IMG/VR virus record: IMGVR_UViG_3300022719_000152
Span: 74,639 to 138,638 of that record
DNA: 64,000 nucleotides
Reading direction: 5' to 3' (one strand)
From: a virus
Under the pieces are notes generated by a model. It searched no databases, was not told the origin of the DNA, and saw only the letters and a program-made list of their open reading frames with translations. Shown piece by piece: positions 55,633-64,000 of the stretch (the first letter of the stretch is position 1; every line of letters begins with the position of its first letter). Made by a program: the position numbers and the translations under genes.

Positions 55633-56760
55633 ATGGAGAGGGGATGTGGAACTTGCGACAACCTAGTTGGTTGTCCGTTACTCACCAACAAGAAGGGGGA
55701 GTTCGACCCTAAGAAGCTGGTGACAGATGGGGGGCGTAGATGCACCCAATGGTCCGCTGTTGGAGACCGGAAGGCTTTGATGTACAGAACTGCAGCCGCA
55801 CAAATGGGCGGTGATGGTACTCAATACTTCCGACTATTGCACGGACTGCCCAAGAAGGTCATGGAACCACTTAAAGAGCAGGAGTTGAAGGATGAAGAGA
55901 TGAATGCTTACGAGCCTGACTTTGATGAGTTGCTCTATGAAGGCATCACGAATACAGAGCGTGAAGAGCAGCTCAGATTTCAGACCGATGAGGAAGGAAA
56001 TTGGGTAGTAGACGGAGATGGTCGTAGACTACCCAACTCAGATCACATCGTGAAGAAGTACGCCTTCAATCCTGAAGGACACATAGCGCTGAATCATAGT
56101 GAGGCGCTGTTTTGGCATTTGAACAAAGTAATCGACCACATCGTTAGGACCGAGGTTAAGCAAGGCCTTGTGGTGCGGGTCAAGAAAAACAAACAAGAGG
56201 AGTCGGACATGCCCGGCGAAGGAAGAAGAGTAGTTTTGAACCGGAGATCTGGAAGCCCTGCGAAGGGAGGAAAAACCAAGGCAGCCACTGCGAAAGGCAA
56301 GGGCGGGAAGGTGCCTAGCAAAGCCAAAGGAGGCACTGCAGTAGCTCGTAAGGGTGCCACCGGGAAAACTGGAAAGGCGGCGACTGCAAAAAGCAAAAAG
56401 GGTAGCGCTGCGGAAAAGCCAGCAGGGTTACCTCCCAGTGCAGGGCCGGTCTTCGACGAGGAGAACCTCGTCATGAAGATTGGCCAAACCATCCAAGGGC
56501 AACTCACCGAGACTGAGAATGTACTCAATGAGCGCATCTCCGTATTAGAGGAGAAGCTCCTGCAGGCAGTCACGCTGCTCCACGACGTTGCCGCTCAGAC
56601 TCAAGGCAGCTTCTGCACGACGGTGCAAGCCGTAGACGAAGATGGCGAGCCGTTGATGGAAGCCGAGCCTCTCGATCCTCTCGTAGGGTCCGAAGACCTG
56701 ATTCTCTCCTACCTCAACAACGCTGAAGAGGAAGAGGGTGACGACGAGGGGGAAGAGTAG
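55633..56760 (+). CDS. Hypothetical protein with Cys motif, histone-H1-like Lys/Ala linker and acidic tail
   Basis: Start revised to ATG 55633; ends GAG GGG GAA GAG TAG. Confidence 0.65.
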   Translation: MERGCGTCDNLVGCPLLTNKKGEFDPKKLVTDGGRRCTQWSAVGDRKALMYRTAAAQMGGDGTQYFRLLHGLPKKVMEPLKEQELKDEEMNAYEPDFDELLYEGITNTEREEQLRFQTDEEGNWVVDGDGRRLPNSDHIVKKYAFNPEGHIALNHSEALFWHLNKVIDHIVRTEVKQGLVVRVKKNKQEESDMPGEGRRVVLNRRSGSPAKGGKTKAATAKGKGGKVPSKAKGGTAVARKGATGKTGKAATAKSKKGSAAEKPAGLPPSAGPVFDEENLVMKIGQTIQGQLTETENVLNERISVLEEKLLQAVTLLHDVAAQTQGSFCTTVQAVDEDGEPLMEAEPLDPLVGSEDLILSYLNNAEEEEGDDEGEE

Positions 56761-56924
56761 CAACGTCCGCTGTCGATGGTTCGCTCGTCTATGACGAGGA
56801 GACTCTGAAGCGAGTGAACTTCGATTCTCTGCTAGCAATAGCAGACCAAGCGGGCGTTGGGTACAACGGCCTCAACAAAGAAGAGCTTCTCAGCAAGCTA
56901 CTCTTTGAGGGGCAGCCAGTCTAG
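56748..56924 (+). CDS. -1 frame extension (Rho-N/HeH-like domain) reachable via GGGGGAA slippery site
   Basis: -1 frame open 56742-56924 without an upstream start codon; encodes YDEETLKRVNFDSLLAIADQAGVGYNGLNKEELLSKLL. Confidence 0.55.
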   Translation, partial: GGRVATSAVDGSLVYDEETLKRVNFDSLLAIADQAGVGYNGLNKEELLSKLLFEGQPV

Positions 56925-56926
56925 CG

Positions 56927-56962
56927 AGGGGACGTGGCTTTGGTCACGTCCCCTTTTCTTTT
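56927..56962 (+). terminator. Intrinsic terminator
   Basis: AGGGGACGTGGC-TTTG-GTCACGTCCCCT then TTTCTTTT, then GGAGG SD. Confidence 0.8.
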
Positions 56963-56971
56963 GGAGGTATC

Positions 56972-57244
56972 ATGACAGACAATAGTGTCCACCAACGACA
57001 GGCTCTGGAGCTCCTCTACAGGGAGATGGAGTTTCAGTCAGAGCGATGGGGGTCTGAACACGACAAAGAACACACTCCTGAGGAGTGGATGACCATCATC
57101 ATGGTCTATGTGGGGAAAGCAGCCCACCAAACTGCACCCTACACAGAGGGTAGTGACCCCAACCGGAGCAATCAGCAGTTCAAGAAACGCCTGGTTCAGC
57201 TTGGGGCCATCTGCGCATCAGCCCTTGCGGCAATGGAGCCCTGA
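56972..57244 (+). CDS. Small MazG-fold-like protein (acidic catalytic residues not evident)
   Basis: WG...H...EW...VGK...LVQLGA pattern. Confidence 0.45.
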   Translation: MTDNSVHQRQALELLYREMEFQSERWGSEHDKEHTPEEWMTIIMVYVGKAAHQTAPYTEGSDPNRSNQQFKKRLVQLGAICASALAAMEP

Positions 57245-57248
57245 GCTC

Positions 57249-57282
57249 AAAGGGGCCACACGTGTGGCCCCTTTTCTTAGCC
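57249..57282. terminator. Perfect-palindrome, probably bidirectional terminator between convergent operons
   Basis: AAAGGGGCCACAC/GTGTGGCCCCTTT then TCTTAGCC. Confidence 0.8.
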
Positions 57283-57306
57283 ATCAAAAAGCTGACCAGG
57301 TCAGGT

Positions 57307-57744
57307 TTACTTGCCCAGTCCATACCCAAGGCCGACGGCGCCGGCGACCACGCCCAGCCCTGCGATGGTCCACGGAAGCCAATCCGTGAGTTGGATGGCA
57401 TCATGCTCATCCTCACAGGTCTCCCACTTACCTTCCAAGCGGTCAGAGCGACCTTTGTAGGTGGCCACGTCCTCCTTGAGGCTCTCGATGATCTTGTCCT
57501 TCTCCCCCAGGAGGTTGTTCCAAGAGAGCTTCAGATCGTCCACCAGCTTGAGCTGCTTGCGAGCGATGTGGAGCTCATGGTCCAACGCCAAAAGGGTCTT
57601 GAACTCTTCGAGGGTGAACCCGCGGTATTTCTCCCCCTGATATGTGATGGTCCTACCCATGGGAATGACATGGATATCCACCACGACACGAGAACTGCCA
57701 ACTGCCATCTGAGAGGCCAAGAGAGTAGCCAATAGTGCGTTCAT
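57307..57744 (-). CDS. Envelope protein (signal-like N-terminus, coiled coil, C-terminal TM), spanin-like
   Basis: Hydrophobic ends; ATGA-coupled in lysis-like cluster. Confidence 0.45.
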   Translation of the reverse strand: MNALLATLLASQMAVGSSRVVVDIHVIPMGRTITYQGEKYRGFTLEEFKTLLALDHELHIARKQLKLVDDLKLSWNNLLGEKDKIIESLKEDVATYKGRSDRLEGKWETCEDEHDAIQLTDWLPWTIAGLGVVAGAVGLGYGLGK

Positions 57745-58172
57745 GGCTCCCCTCGCTTGTCTACGAGCACCAGATCGTCCCAGTCTGTGAGGTCGCGGAG
57801 AGTCTCCTTACGTCCAGCGTTGAGCTCTGATAGCTGCTGGAGCTCCTCGCTGGTCCGGTCGATGCTGGCCTGAAGGTCTTGGACCCGATTCTCAGCAGCC
57901 TTGCGATACTCAGCGTTCTTGGCCAACTTGGCGTTCTCTTTCTCCTGGGCTTGCTCCTCTTCCATGCGACGCATCTTGGAGCGGAGCTGAGCAGCTTTGC
58001 GTCGAGCTCGCAGCAGGAAGAAACCTAGGACACCGATGATCGTGATTGCCACCAAAGCGATCACCAAGGCTACGGGGGCCGAAGCCCGTTGCTCAGGCTC
58101 CGAGCCCCCGACCTTGTCGAGGAGCCCCTTCAGAAACCCTCCGGGGCTCTCCTCTTTCTTCTCTTCTGGCAC
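57741..58172 (-). CDS. Single-TM coiled-coil protein, i-spanin-like
   Basis: VALVIALVAITIIGVLGFFLL then coiled coil. Confidence 0.5.
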   Translation of the reverse strand: MPEEKKEESPGGFLKGLLDKVGGSEPEQRASAPVALVIALVAITIIGVLGFFLLRARRKAAQLRSKMRRMEEEQAQEKENAKLAKNAEYRKAAENRVQDLQASIDRTSEELQQLSELNAGRKETLRDLTDWDDLVLVDKRGEP

Positions 58173-58744
58173 TAGGCGGGGGTCGCCGGACCGTTCTTGC
58201 CCAAGTCAGGGTCAGAAGAGTCCTTCGAATCCTTGGTGTATTCATGGATGGCGACGGCCAGAGGCCCGGACAGTAAGATCTGAACGGCGTCCATCCAATG
58301 CATCCCAAACGCTAGGTTTGCAGTGAGAGCAGCCGCTGCGCCCAGACCGATGGTACTGTACTTCACCACCCGCTTGCCGTCCTTGGTCTTGAACCATGCC
58401 ACGTTCTTGCCCAACACCTTCACCAAGCTGAGTAGCAGCTTGAAGACGGCTCCGAGCATGACGGCCCAGAAGGTACCTTTTGGTAGGCTCTTCTTGTCCT
58501 TGACCGCTTCATAGACCCCGGTGGCGTCCTTGATCACATCGCTGATTTCTGCATCCGCATCTGTCGCTGCCTTCACTTCGTCGGCATCGACCTTTCCATC
58601 ATTGTTGGTGTCCAGCGAGCTGTCGGGTTTGGGAGCATCTGCAGCGGGGGCCGTTGCAGCAGGCTCAGGTTTGGGTGCAGGTTCTTGCGCCGGCGCCACC
58701 ATCGGCACCAGTAGCAAACCTGCAATGAGCAGTAGACGCTTCAT
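58172..58744 (-). CDS. Membrane protein with signal peptide, EF-hand loop and ~3 TM segments (holin-like)
   Basis: MKRLLLIAGLLLVPMVAPA; DTNNDGKVDADE; hydrophobic helices. Confidence 0.5.
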   Translation of the reverse strand: MKRLLLIAGLLLVPMVAPAQEPAPKPEPAATAPAADAPKPDSSLDTNNDGKVDADEVKAATDADAEISDVIKDATGVYEAVKDKKSLPKGTFWAVMLGAVFKLLLSLVKVLGKNVAWFKTKDGKRVVKYSTIGLGAAAALTANLAFGMHWMDAVQILLSGPLAVAIHEYTKDSKDSSDPDLGKNGPATPA

Positions 58745-58755
58745 GGTGTTCTCCT

Positions 58756-59193
58756 TTACGCCGTCGCCGCCGGCGGCTTTGATGTTTTGCGGCGAGACTT
58801 TGCAGGGGTCTTAGCCTTACCTGCCTTGCCATTCTTCTTGGCATCCTTGGGCACAGAGGAGTCTGCCTCTATGGTGGCCTCGAACTCTTCTCCGAACTTG
58901 TCATCGATCAGAGTGTCGATGATCCCTGCTGCTTTGCCAGAGTACGACTGTACTTCCAGTTTGAGGGAATTGATTCTAGCCCGACACTGTTCGATCTGGC
59001 TCTCTAGCTGCTTGATGTAGTCAGCAGAGTCTTTGGCCTTCTTCTCCGCAGTCTTGGCCTTCTTGATTCTACGACGGACACTAGGGTCCAAAGACTCTGG
59101 GTCCTTGTCGTACCTCTTGTAGAGGGCAGTGACGTGAACTTGGGCTTTCTCCATCTGCTCTTTGGAGAGGGGGCTTTGTTGCGGTTGATTCAT
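58756..59193 (-). CDS. Coiled-coil protein with basic tail
   Basis: Start revised to ATG 59193 (GGGAG SD). Confidence 0.55.
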   Translation of the reverse strand: MNQPQQSPLSKEQMEKAQVHVTALYKRYDKDPESLDPSVRRRIKKAKTAEKKAKDSADYIKQLESQIEQCRARINSLKLEVQSYSGKAAGIIDTLIDDKFGEEFEATIEADSSVPKDAKKNGKAGKAKTPAKSRRKTSKPPAATA

Positions 59194-59203
59194 GGTGGTC
59201 TCC

Positions 59204-59530
59204 CTATTCAACGGTACCAGCGAAGCTCGGGTACTTCGACTGTAGGTAGTCATACGCGATTCTTTTGGCTGCGTCATGGATATTCTCAGCATCCAACGTG
59301 AGCTCTGCCATGATATCTGTGTACTCCTGACCAGACACAACTTCCGTGTGCTGGTCCACAGAAGCTAGCGCCTCCCAGTTGCTATCCACAGTCTCACCAA
59401 ACTCCAGCTTGATGTGGAGACTGTCCTGGAGGAACAGGATTTGGGTGATCTTGGCCTCTGGTCGAGTGACAACAGGGTCTTCAGCAGATTCTCTTGGCCG
59501 CTCCCAAGCAGTGTCTAGAGTGATTGGCAT
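59204..59530 (-). CDS. Putative tail-fibre assembly chaperone
   Basis: Follows fibre gene; similar to 63661..63978. Confidence 0.45.
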   Translation of the reverse strand: MPITLDTAWERPRESAEDPVVTRPEAKITQILFLQDSLHIKLEFGETVDSNWEALASVDQHTEVVSGQEYTDIMAELTLDAENIHDAAKRIAYDYLQSKYPSFAGTVE

Positions 59531-59535
59531 AGTCC

Positions 59536-62500
59536 CTACTTCTGTCTCACAGTGCGGTAGAAGGTCGTTCCAGTATTCGAGTACATGAAGTCTGCATCCA
59601 TGACTCGATTGATGCCTATGAAGTCCAAATAGTTGGCTCCATCATCAGGTATCTCCTCCACCAAGTTGTGCTTATTAACCGACGCATCCGTCAGATACAA
59701 TGCCCGGTCGTCCACCATAATACCAGTGGGGGTTCCTCCAGTAGTGATGGAGGCAGTCGCACCTAGAGTAGTAGCAAATGCTCGCCGAATGGTGATAGAA
59801 GCTCCCTGGTCCATAGCTGCCCACCAGTTCACACCGTCACTGATGATAGCCATCCCACCACTTCCAGGATTGGTACCCGTAGATAGTACATTGAGGTCGG
59901 TATTCCAAGTGATGTTGGAGCCAGTCAAAGCGTTGGTGATGGCTTCTCGAACATGCACCTCAGCAGCCACGGCATCATAGTAGATATAGTAAAGACGGTT
60001 ACCCGCAAACGCCACACCTACCTGACCATCTGAGACCACCGTGGACACGTCCCCTAAATCCAACGAGGCTTCATTGACAATGGTAGGCGCTGCATCCGAG
60101 CCGGTGTTGGCGTCTACCTTTACCGCCAAGTGAGTGTCTCCAGAAGCTACCCTAGAGACGAAGTACAGGTAGATGCCGTCGGTGTGTATGCCCCAAGTGG
60201 TGACAGTGGAGGCAGTCGGGGAGTTCACATCACTGACGATGGTAGGGTTTTCTGGGTCTGAGACGTTTACCTTGACCACCATCCAACGCTGGATGCCGGG
60301 CTGGTACGGGCCCAGGATGTAGATGTAGTCACCAACCTTCACCGCAGAATCAGCAGAGTTGAAATCAGCCTGAGCCAATGTGTGGTGGGTGCCTACCGAG
60401 AGAGACTGGCCTCGGGTATCCACTCTCTGCATATTGATGGTGCCGCCGGAGGCAGAGATAGCCCAAACGTGCTTCTCATCTACGACGAGGCAAGTAGCGG
60501 CAAATGACAGTGTCGTGTTGACGCTACCGAAGGGCCCCCAATTTGTGCAAAGCTCCCCGCGAGCTCTCATTGACCCTATGAGGCTAGAGGTACGCACACC
60601 GGCAGCCATGCGGTTGAAGAGATGATCTGTGCCGTTCGGGTCATCAAAGGTCAATTGGCTTGGGACGTTCGCTATGGGGTCTCTGTTTGCTTGGTTCTGG
60701 CTCTGTACCTCAAACACAAGCTGCCAAGTGATTGGGTCATTGTTGGCTACAGCATCCGGAGCAACGTGCCATCCTACAGTCCCGCTGCCAGTCCATTCTT
60801 CTCGTATGGCCGGCTCATCAAACCGGACATAGTGGTGGTTCCCTGTGCCCCCATCTCTGAAGGCGTTCCAGTACTTGTTGATTCGTCCGGAACCGTCTTG
60901 AGAAGCCACGATGTAGGAGCTCGTACTATCAAGCCAGATCAGCTTCTCACCTGCCATGTCCGCGCCAGCAGGGAAAACTCCTGGCCCGGCCCCTAGCCCC
61001 TCATCACTGGTAGCAAAGCTTGCTGAGTCTCCTAAAACAAAACTGCTGTTCGTCTGGACGATGTTGGGTCGGCTACCTAAGTGGGGGACCGAAGTCAGAG
61101 TATCTACACCGAAGAGGCCAAGGCTAGCGCTTGGGAAGAAGATAGTGAAGTAGGAATCCAAGTTGGCGAAGCCGTCATCCTTGCTCCGTATCTTGAACTC
61201 CCCCGTTTGAGACATCCCCATCTGGGTAACGTTCTCATCTGCAGTAGGTGCTGCACCAAAGTTCACGAAGTGGATATCACAGCCTGCAACCCCGGTGTCG
61301 TCACCATCGATCACAAGTCCTCTGCTGCCAACCTCTTGGAATACCCGGAGAGCAGTTGGAAACGCCCCGGGGTATAGGCGAGTGAGGCCGCCAATAGCTG
61401 TTTGGCCTAGCACGTCCACAGAAATTCTGGCATTGACCTGAGTTCCCGTACCGTCATCACCCACATCCAACTTGAAGACACCAGTGGTCCCCGTGTCGAT
61501 GATGGCAGCGCCGGCCTGCGCCACCCAATCCCAAGTCTTGGGATTAGCTGCCTGGTTGTCACTGATCATCCGGAGGATGGCAGCACCGTCTCCAGGTTCA
61601 ATCCCAGTGAACCCTGTGTGCGCACCTGAAGCTATCAAAGCCCCGCGAGCATTGTTGGAGAACCCTCGAGCAATGACAGACGCTTGTGAGTCAGATGCTG
61701 CCCCATCTGACTCTGCTACGATCTCGCTAGCCCCATCTTTGAGCACCTTCAGACCCTCAGAGCCGCCCATCTCCTCGATAAGGACTTCACCAGTCTCCGT
61801 GATACTGAAGTGTGTAACGTTGGAGCTATCTCGTACCTGAAATTTCTGAACTCCAGAGTCTGCAGGAGCACCTCGAACAATGACAGTGGTACCCGCAACA
61901 TCCGAGAACATGTCTACAGTGTCAGGCCGAATATCCTTGTGCTTCCCGGGCGCAGGTATACCACCAGCAGGAAGCTCATCATTGGTGTAGTGCTCTCGAT
62001 GTACTTTGAAGTAGAGATCCTCAACGTTCCTTCTACGGTCGCCATACAGAACTTGATCGAAGTCGGTTACTGACGGGCCCAGAAGCTGTAGCAGGGTAGC
62101 TTGAACTCGGTCATCAGCTTCCTGGCCGTAGCCAGAGTCAATTCCACCGCCCAAGGAGTCCACTGCATCCAGGATGCCTTTGAGCGTGGACTGCTTTTTG
62201 TATCGAAGCTGATAGGTGCCCGCCGGCAAGGTGGTATTCAAGTCGATGTGTGGGTCAGTGTAAAAGAACCCATCCGACCGAACCTCTGCATCTCCCAGAG
62301 GGGAGCCAGTAGGATTCAATAGAGTAGGCCCCCAGTCACCGTCTGTGATCAGCTCAAGGGTCTCGTCGTCTATGATTTGAGAGACACGATAGAGTCCGTT
62401 GTTAGTGTATGGGAACCCTACGGAGTGACCAGTGATTTCAACGACGTCTCCTTCTTCCACATTTGTGGTGAAGGTGGCTCCAGCACAGAAGATGCGGTTG

Positions 62501-63654
62501 TTCTTTTCGATCCTGGTTATGGTCTCGTTGGCCCGGACATCAGTGACGTTCTCCACGCGACTGCCAGCAGGGGCATCTAGGATTTGAGTGGCCTTGATTT
62601 GCTCGGCAACGATCTGAATCTTCTCGCCGTCAGAGACAGACAAGCTCAAAGGAACTTCTGCTCCTGTCGCAGGGTCAACGTTTCTGATGACTACGTTGTC
62701 ACCGTTGATGACGCCAACAATCTTCAAATTGACATTCTGAAGGGCCCCCATACCTGCGTCATTGGAACGAAGGTAGAAGTCCCCAGAGGCATCACCAGCA
62801 ACAAAGCCTGCGCCCACCCACTGTACCTGTTGGGCTCCGGAGTCTGGGTTGACTGAAAAGGTGAAGGACTCACTCGAATTGAGCACCGTCTCTTGCTCCA
62901 ACACCACTTCATTGCCATCGGTATCGACAAGAGCAACCAGAGCTTCCAGTTGAACTTCTGTAGGAGTGGTGACTTGTCCTACATAGACAGTGTCATTGAT
63001 GGTGAAGCCCGTAACAGGGGCACCAATGACCAAGTCTTCTTGCACCAGTTGGGCCTGACGCTTCCGACCAATCAACCCGTAGTTCAGGTCGCTGTTGATG
63101 GCGAGCTGGAAGATGTTCCGATTGAATACCTCAGCTCTGAAGTCCTCCCCTTGTGACTGAGAGAGCTGGCCGGGGGAAGCAATTTGACGATCTGGGTCTA
63201 CGTGCTGAGCTTGCTCTGGTTCACCTCCGACACTAATAGTCCCAGAGAACAAACCAAGCTCAAAGAATACATCCGTGGGGCTGGAGGCTGGATCTGTAGC
63301 CAGCTCTAGAGAGCTAGTCTCTCCCGTAGTAGGGCTGAGTATGCGCAAGAACCTGTTGTCTTTGAAGGCAACGTCCGTGCCTACAGCAGTATTAATTTGG
63401 GTGACTACGTCATCGAGCGTGAGGTTACCACCACCCACAAACGACACGGGGTACTGAACCCCATCTACACTCAAGAACAAGGACTTGCCTGAGACGTCGT
63501 ATCCGGCTGTAGGCTCCCTCCTAGCACCAAGGATAGACGCACTAGACTTCAGTACCCTAGGTAAAATCGTAGGGGTACCACCTGAGAAGGCCGGCACCAC
63601 AGGGAACGACCCTATGAGAGTAGGTGCATCTAGATGTGCAAACGGTACCGCCAT
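59536..63654 (-). CDS. Tail fibre/baseplate receptor-binding protein
   Basis: 1372 aa, beta-rich Gly/Thr/Val composition, C-terminal propeller-like repeats. Confidence 0.6.
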   Translation of the reverse strand: MAVPFAHLDAPTLIGSFPVVPAFSGGTPTILPRVLKSSASILGARREPTAGYDVSGKSLFLSVDGVQYPVSFVGGGNLTLDDVVTQINTAVGTDVAFKDNRFLRILSPTTGETSSLELATDPASSPTDVFFELGLFSGTISVGGEPEQAQHVDPDRQIASPGQLSQSQGEDFRAEVFNRNIFQLAINSDLNYGLIGRKRQAQLVQEDLVIGAPVTGFTINDTVYVGQVTTPTEVQLEALVALVDTDGNEVVLEQETVLNSSESFTFSVNPDSGAQQVQWVGAGFVAGDASGDFYLRSNDAGMGALQNVNLKIVGVINGDNVVIRNVDPATGAEVPLSLSVSDGEKIQIVAEQIKATQILDAPAGSRVENVTDVRANETITRIEKNNRIFCAGATFTTNVEEGDVVEITGHSVGFPYTNNGLYRVSQIIDDETLELITDGDWGPTLLNPTGSPLGDAEVRSDGFFYTDPHIDLNTTLPAGTYQLRYKKQSTLKGILDAVDSLGGGIDSGYGQEADDRVQATLLQLLGPSVTDFDQVLYGDRRRNVEDLYFKVHREHYTNDELPAGGIPAPGKHKDIRPDTVDMFSDVAGTTVIVRGAPADSGVQKFQVRDSSNVTHFSITETGEVLIEEMGGSEGLKVLKDGASEIVAESDGAASDSQASVIARGFSNNARGALIASGAHTGFTGIEPGDGAAILRMISDNQAANPKTWDWVAQAGAAIIDTGTTGVFKLDVGDDGTGTQVNARISVDVLGQTAIGGLTRLYPGAFPTALRVFQEVGSRGLVIDGDDTGVAGCDIHFVNFGAAPTADENVTQMGMSQTGEFKIRSKDDGFANLDSYFTIFFPSASLGLFGVDTLTSVPHLGSRPNIVQTNSSFVLGDSASFATSDEGLGAGPGVFPAGADMAGEKLIWLDSTSSYIVASQDGSGRINKYWNAFRDGGTGNHHYVRFDEPAIREEWTGSGTVGWHVAPDAVANNDPITWQLVFEVQSQNQANRDPIANVPSQLTFDDPNGTDHLFNRMAAGVRTSSLIGSMRARGELCTNWGPFGSVNTTLSFAATCLVVDEKHVWAISASGGTINMQRVDTRGQSLSVGTHHTLAQADFNSADSAVKVGDYIYILGPYQPGIQRWMVVKVNVSDPENPTIVSDVNSPTASTVTTWGIHTDGIYLYFVSRVASGDTHLAVKVDANTGSDAAPTIVNEASLDLGDVSTVVSDGQVGVAFAGNRLYYIYYDAVAAEVHVREAITNALTGSNITWNTDLNVLSTGTNPGSGGMAIISDGVNWWAAMDQGASITIRRAFATTLGATASITTGGTPTGIMVDDRALYLTDASVNKHNLVEEIPDDGANYLDFIGINRVMDADFMYSNTGTTFYRTVRQK

Positions 63655-63660
63655 GGCTTC

Positions 63661-63978
63661 CTACACAATAGCTCCGTCGTAGAGCCCTTCATCGATGAGC
63701 CACTGATACAACAAAGCAGCTACTTCCTCGTAGTAGACCTCACCGCCTTCTGCTGAAGTAGAAGAGGCCATATCGGTGAATTGAGGGTCAGCAGAGTCAG
63801 GTACCGGCTCACCAAGCTCGTCGTAATCAAAAGGTTTGTCCACTACATAGTGGTAGTAGTCATTGTTCCAGCCTGGAGCCTTTCCAGATACCCACACCCC
63901 GTTGACTGTATCCCCGTATTGAACCTTCAGCTCAATGAGCTTTGCCTCCACATCCAATTTGAAAGACACAATCTTCAC
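63661..63978 (-). CDS. Putative tail-fibre assembly chaperone (paralogue of 59204..59530)
   Basis: Shared ..K.QYG/EFG.TV...W and Y..L.....G.V/I C-terminus. Confidence 0.45.
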   Translation of the reverse strand: MKIVSFKLDVEAKLIELKVQYGDTVNGVWVSGKAPGWNNDYYHYVVDKPFDYDELGEPVPDSADPQFTDMASSTSAEGGEVYYEEVAALLYQWLIDEGLYDGAIV

Positions 63979-64000
63979 CTGATTGTGTGTCCCATACGTG

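Noticed and set aside
1-64000. Stop-codon reassignment
   Set aside because: Long genes are intact in the standard code, and TAA, TAG and TGA all end genes at tight junctions.

Overview
This window is a 64-kb segment of a large tailed (probably myovirus-type) bacteriophage genome. No rRNA, tRNA or CRISPR array was seen. The minus strand carries the virion module: major capsid protein, scaffold-like and internal head proteins, a prohead protease fused to an inorganic-pyrophosphatase domain, a two-intein large terminase, a baseplate spike, the portal, and a single-polypeptide beta+beta' RNA polymerase with an intein in its trigger loop. A lysis/tail-fibre block lies at the right end. The plus strand carries a replication/recombination operon (38.6-57.2 kb: SF2 helicase, UDG, DnaB, primase, putative SSB, intein-containing PolA, RecA, resolvases, Cas4-like nuclease) and three small islands inserted into the structural region. 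The most interesting inferred system has four parts: (i) head proteins studded with K-x-A motifs, several sharing an N-terminal F-x-DEL-x-K-x-A leader, suggesting protease-processed polyproteins that carry enzymatic cargo into the capsid; (ii) a fused RNAP encoded among virion genes; (iii) a shared GGWATAAG motif upstream of plus-strand units and hairpin+TAGCC at their ends; (iv) a candidate GGGGGAA -1 frameshift that appends a Rho-N/HeH-like domain. All product calls come from motif recognition by eye; no database searches were run.
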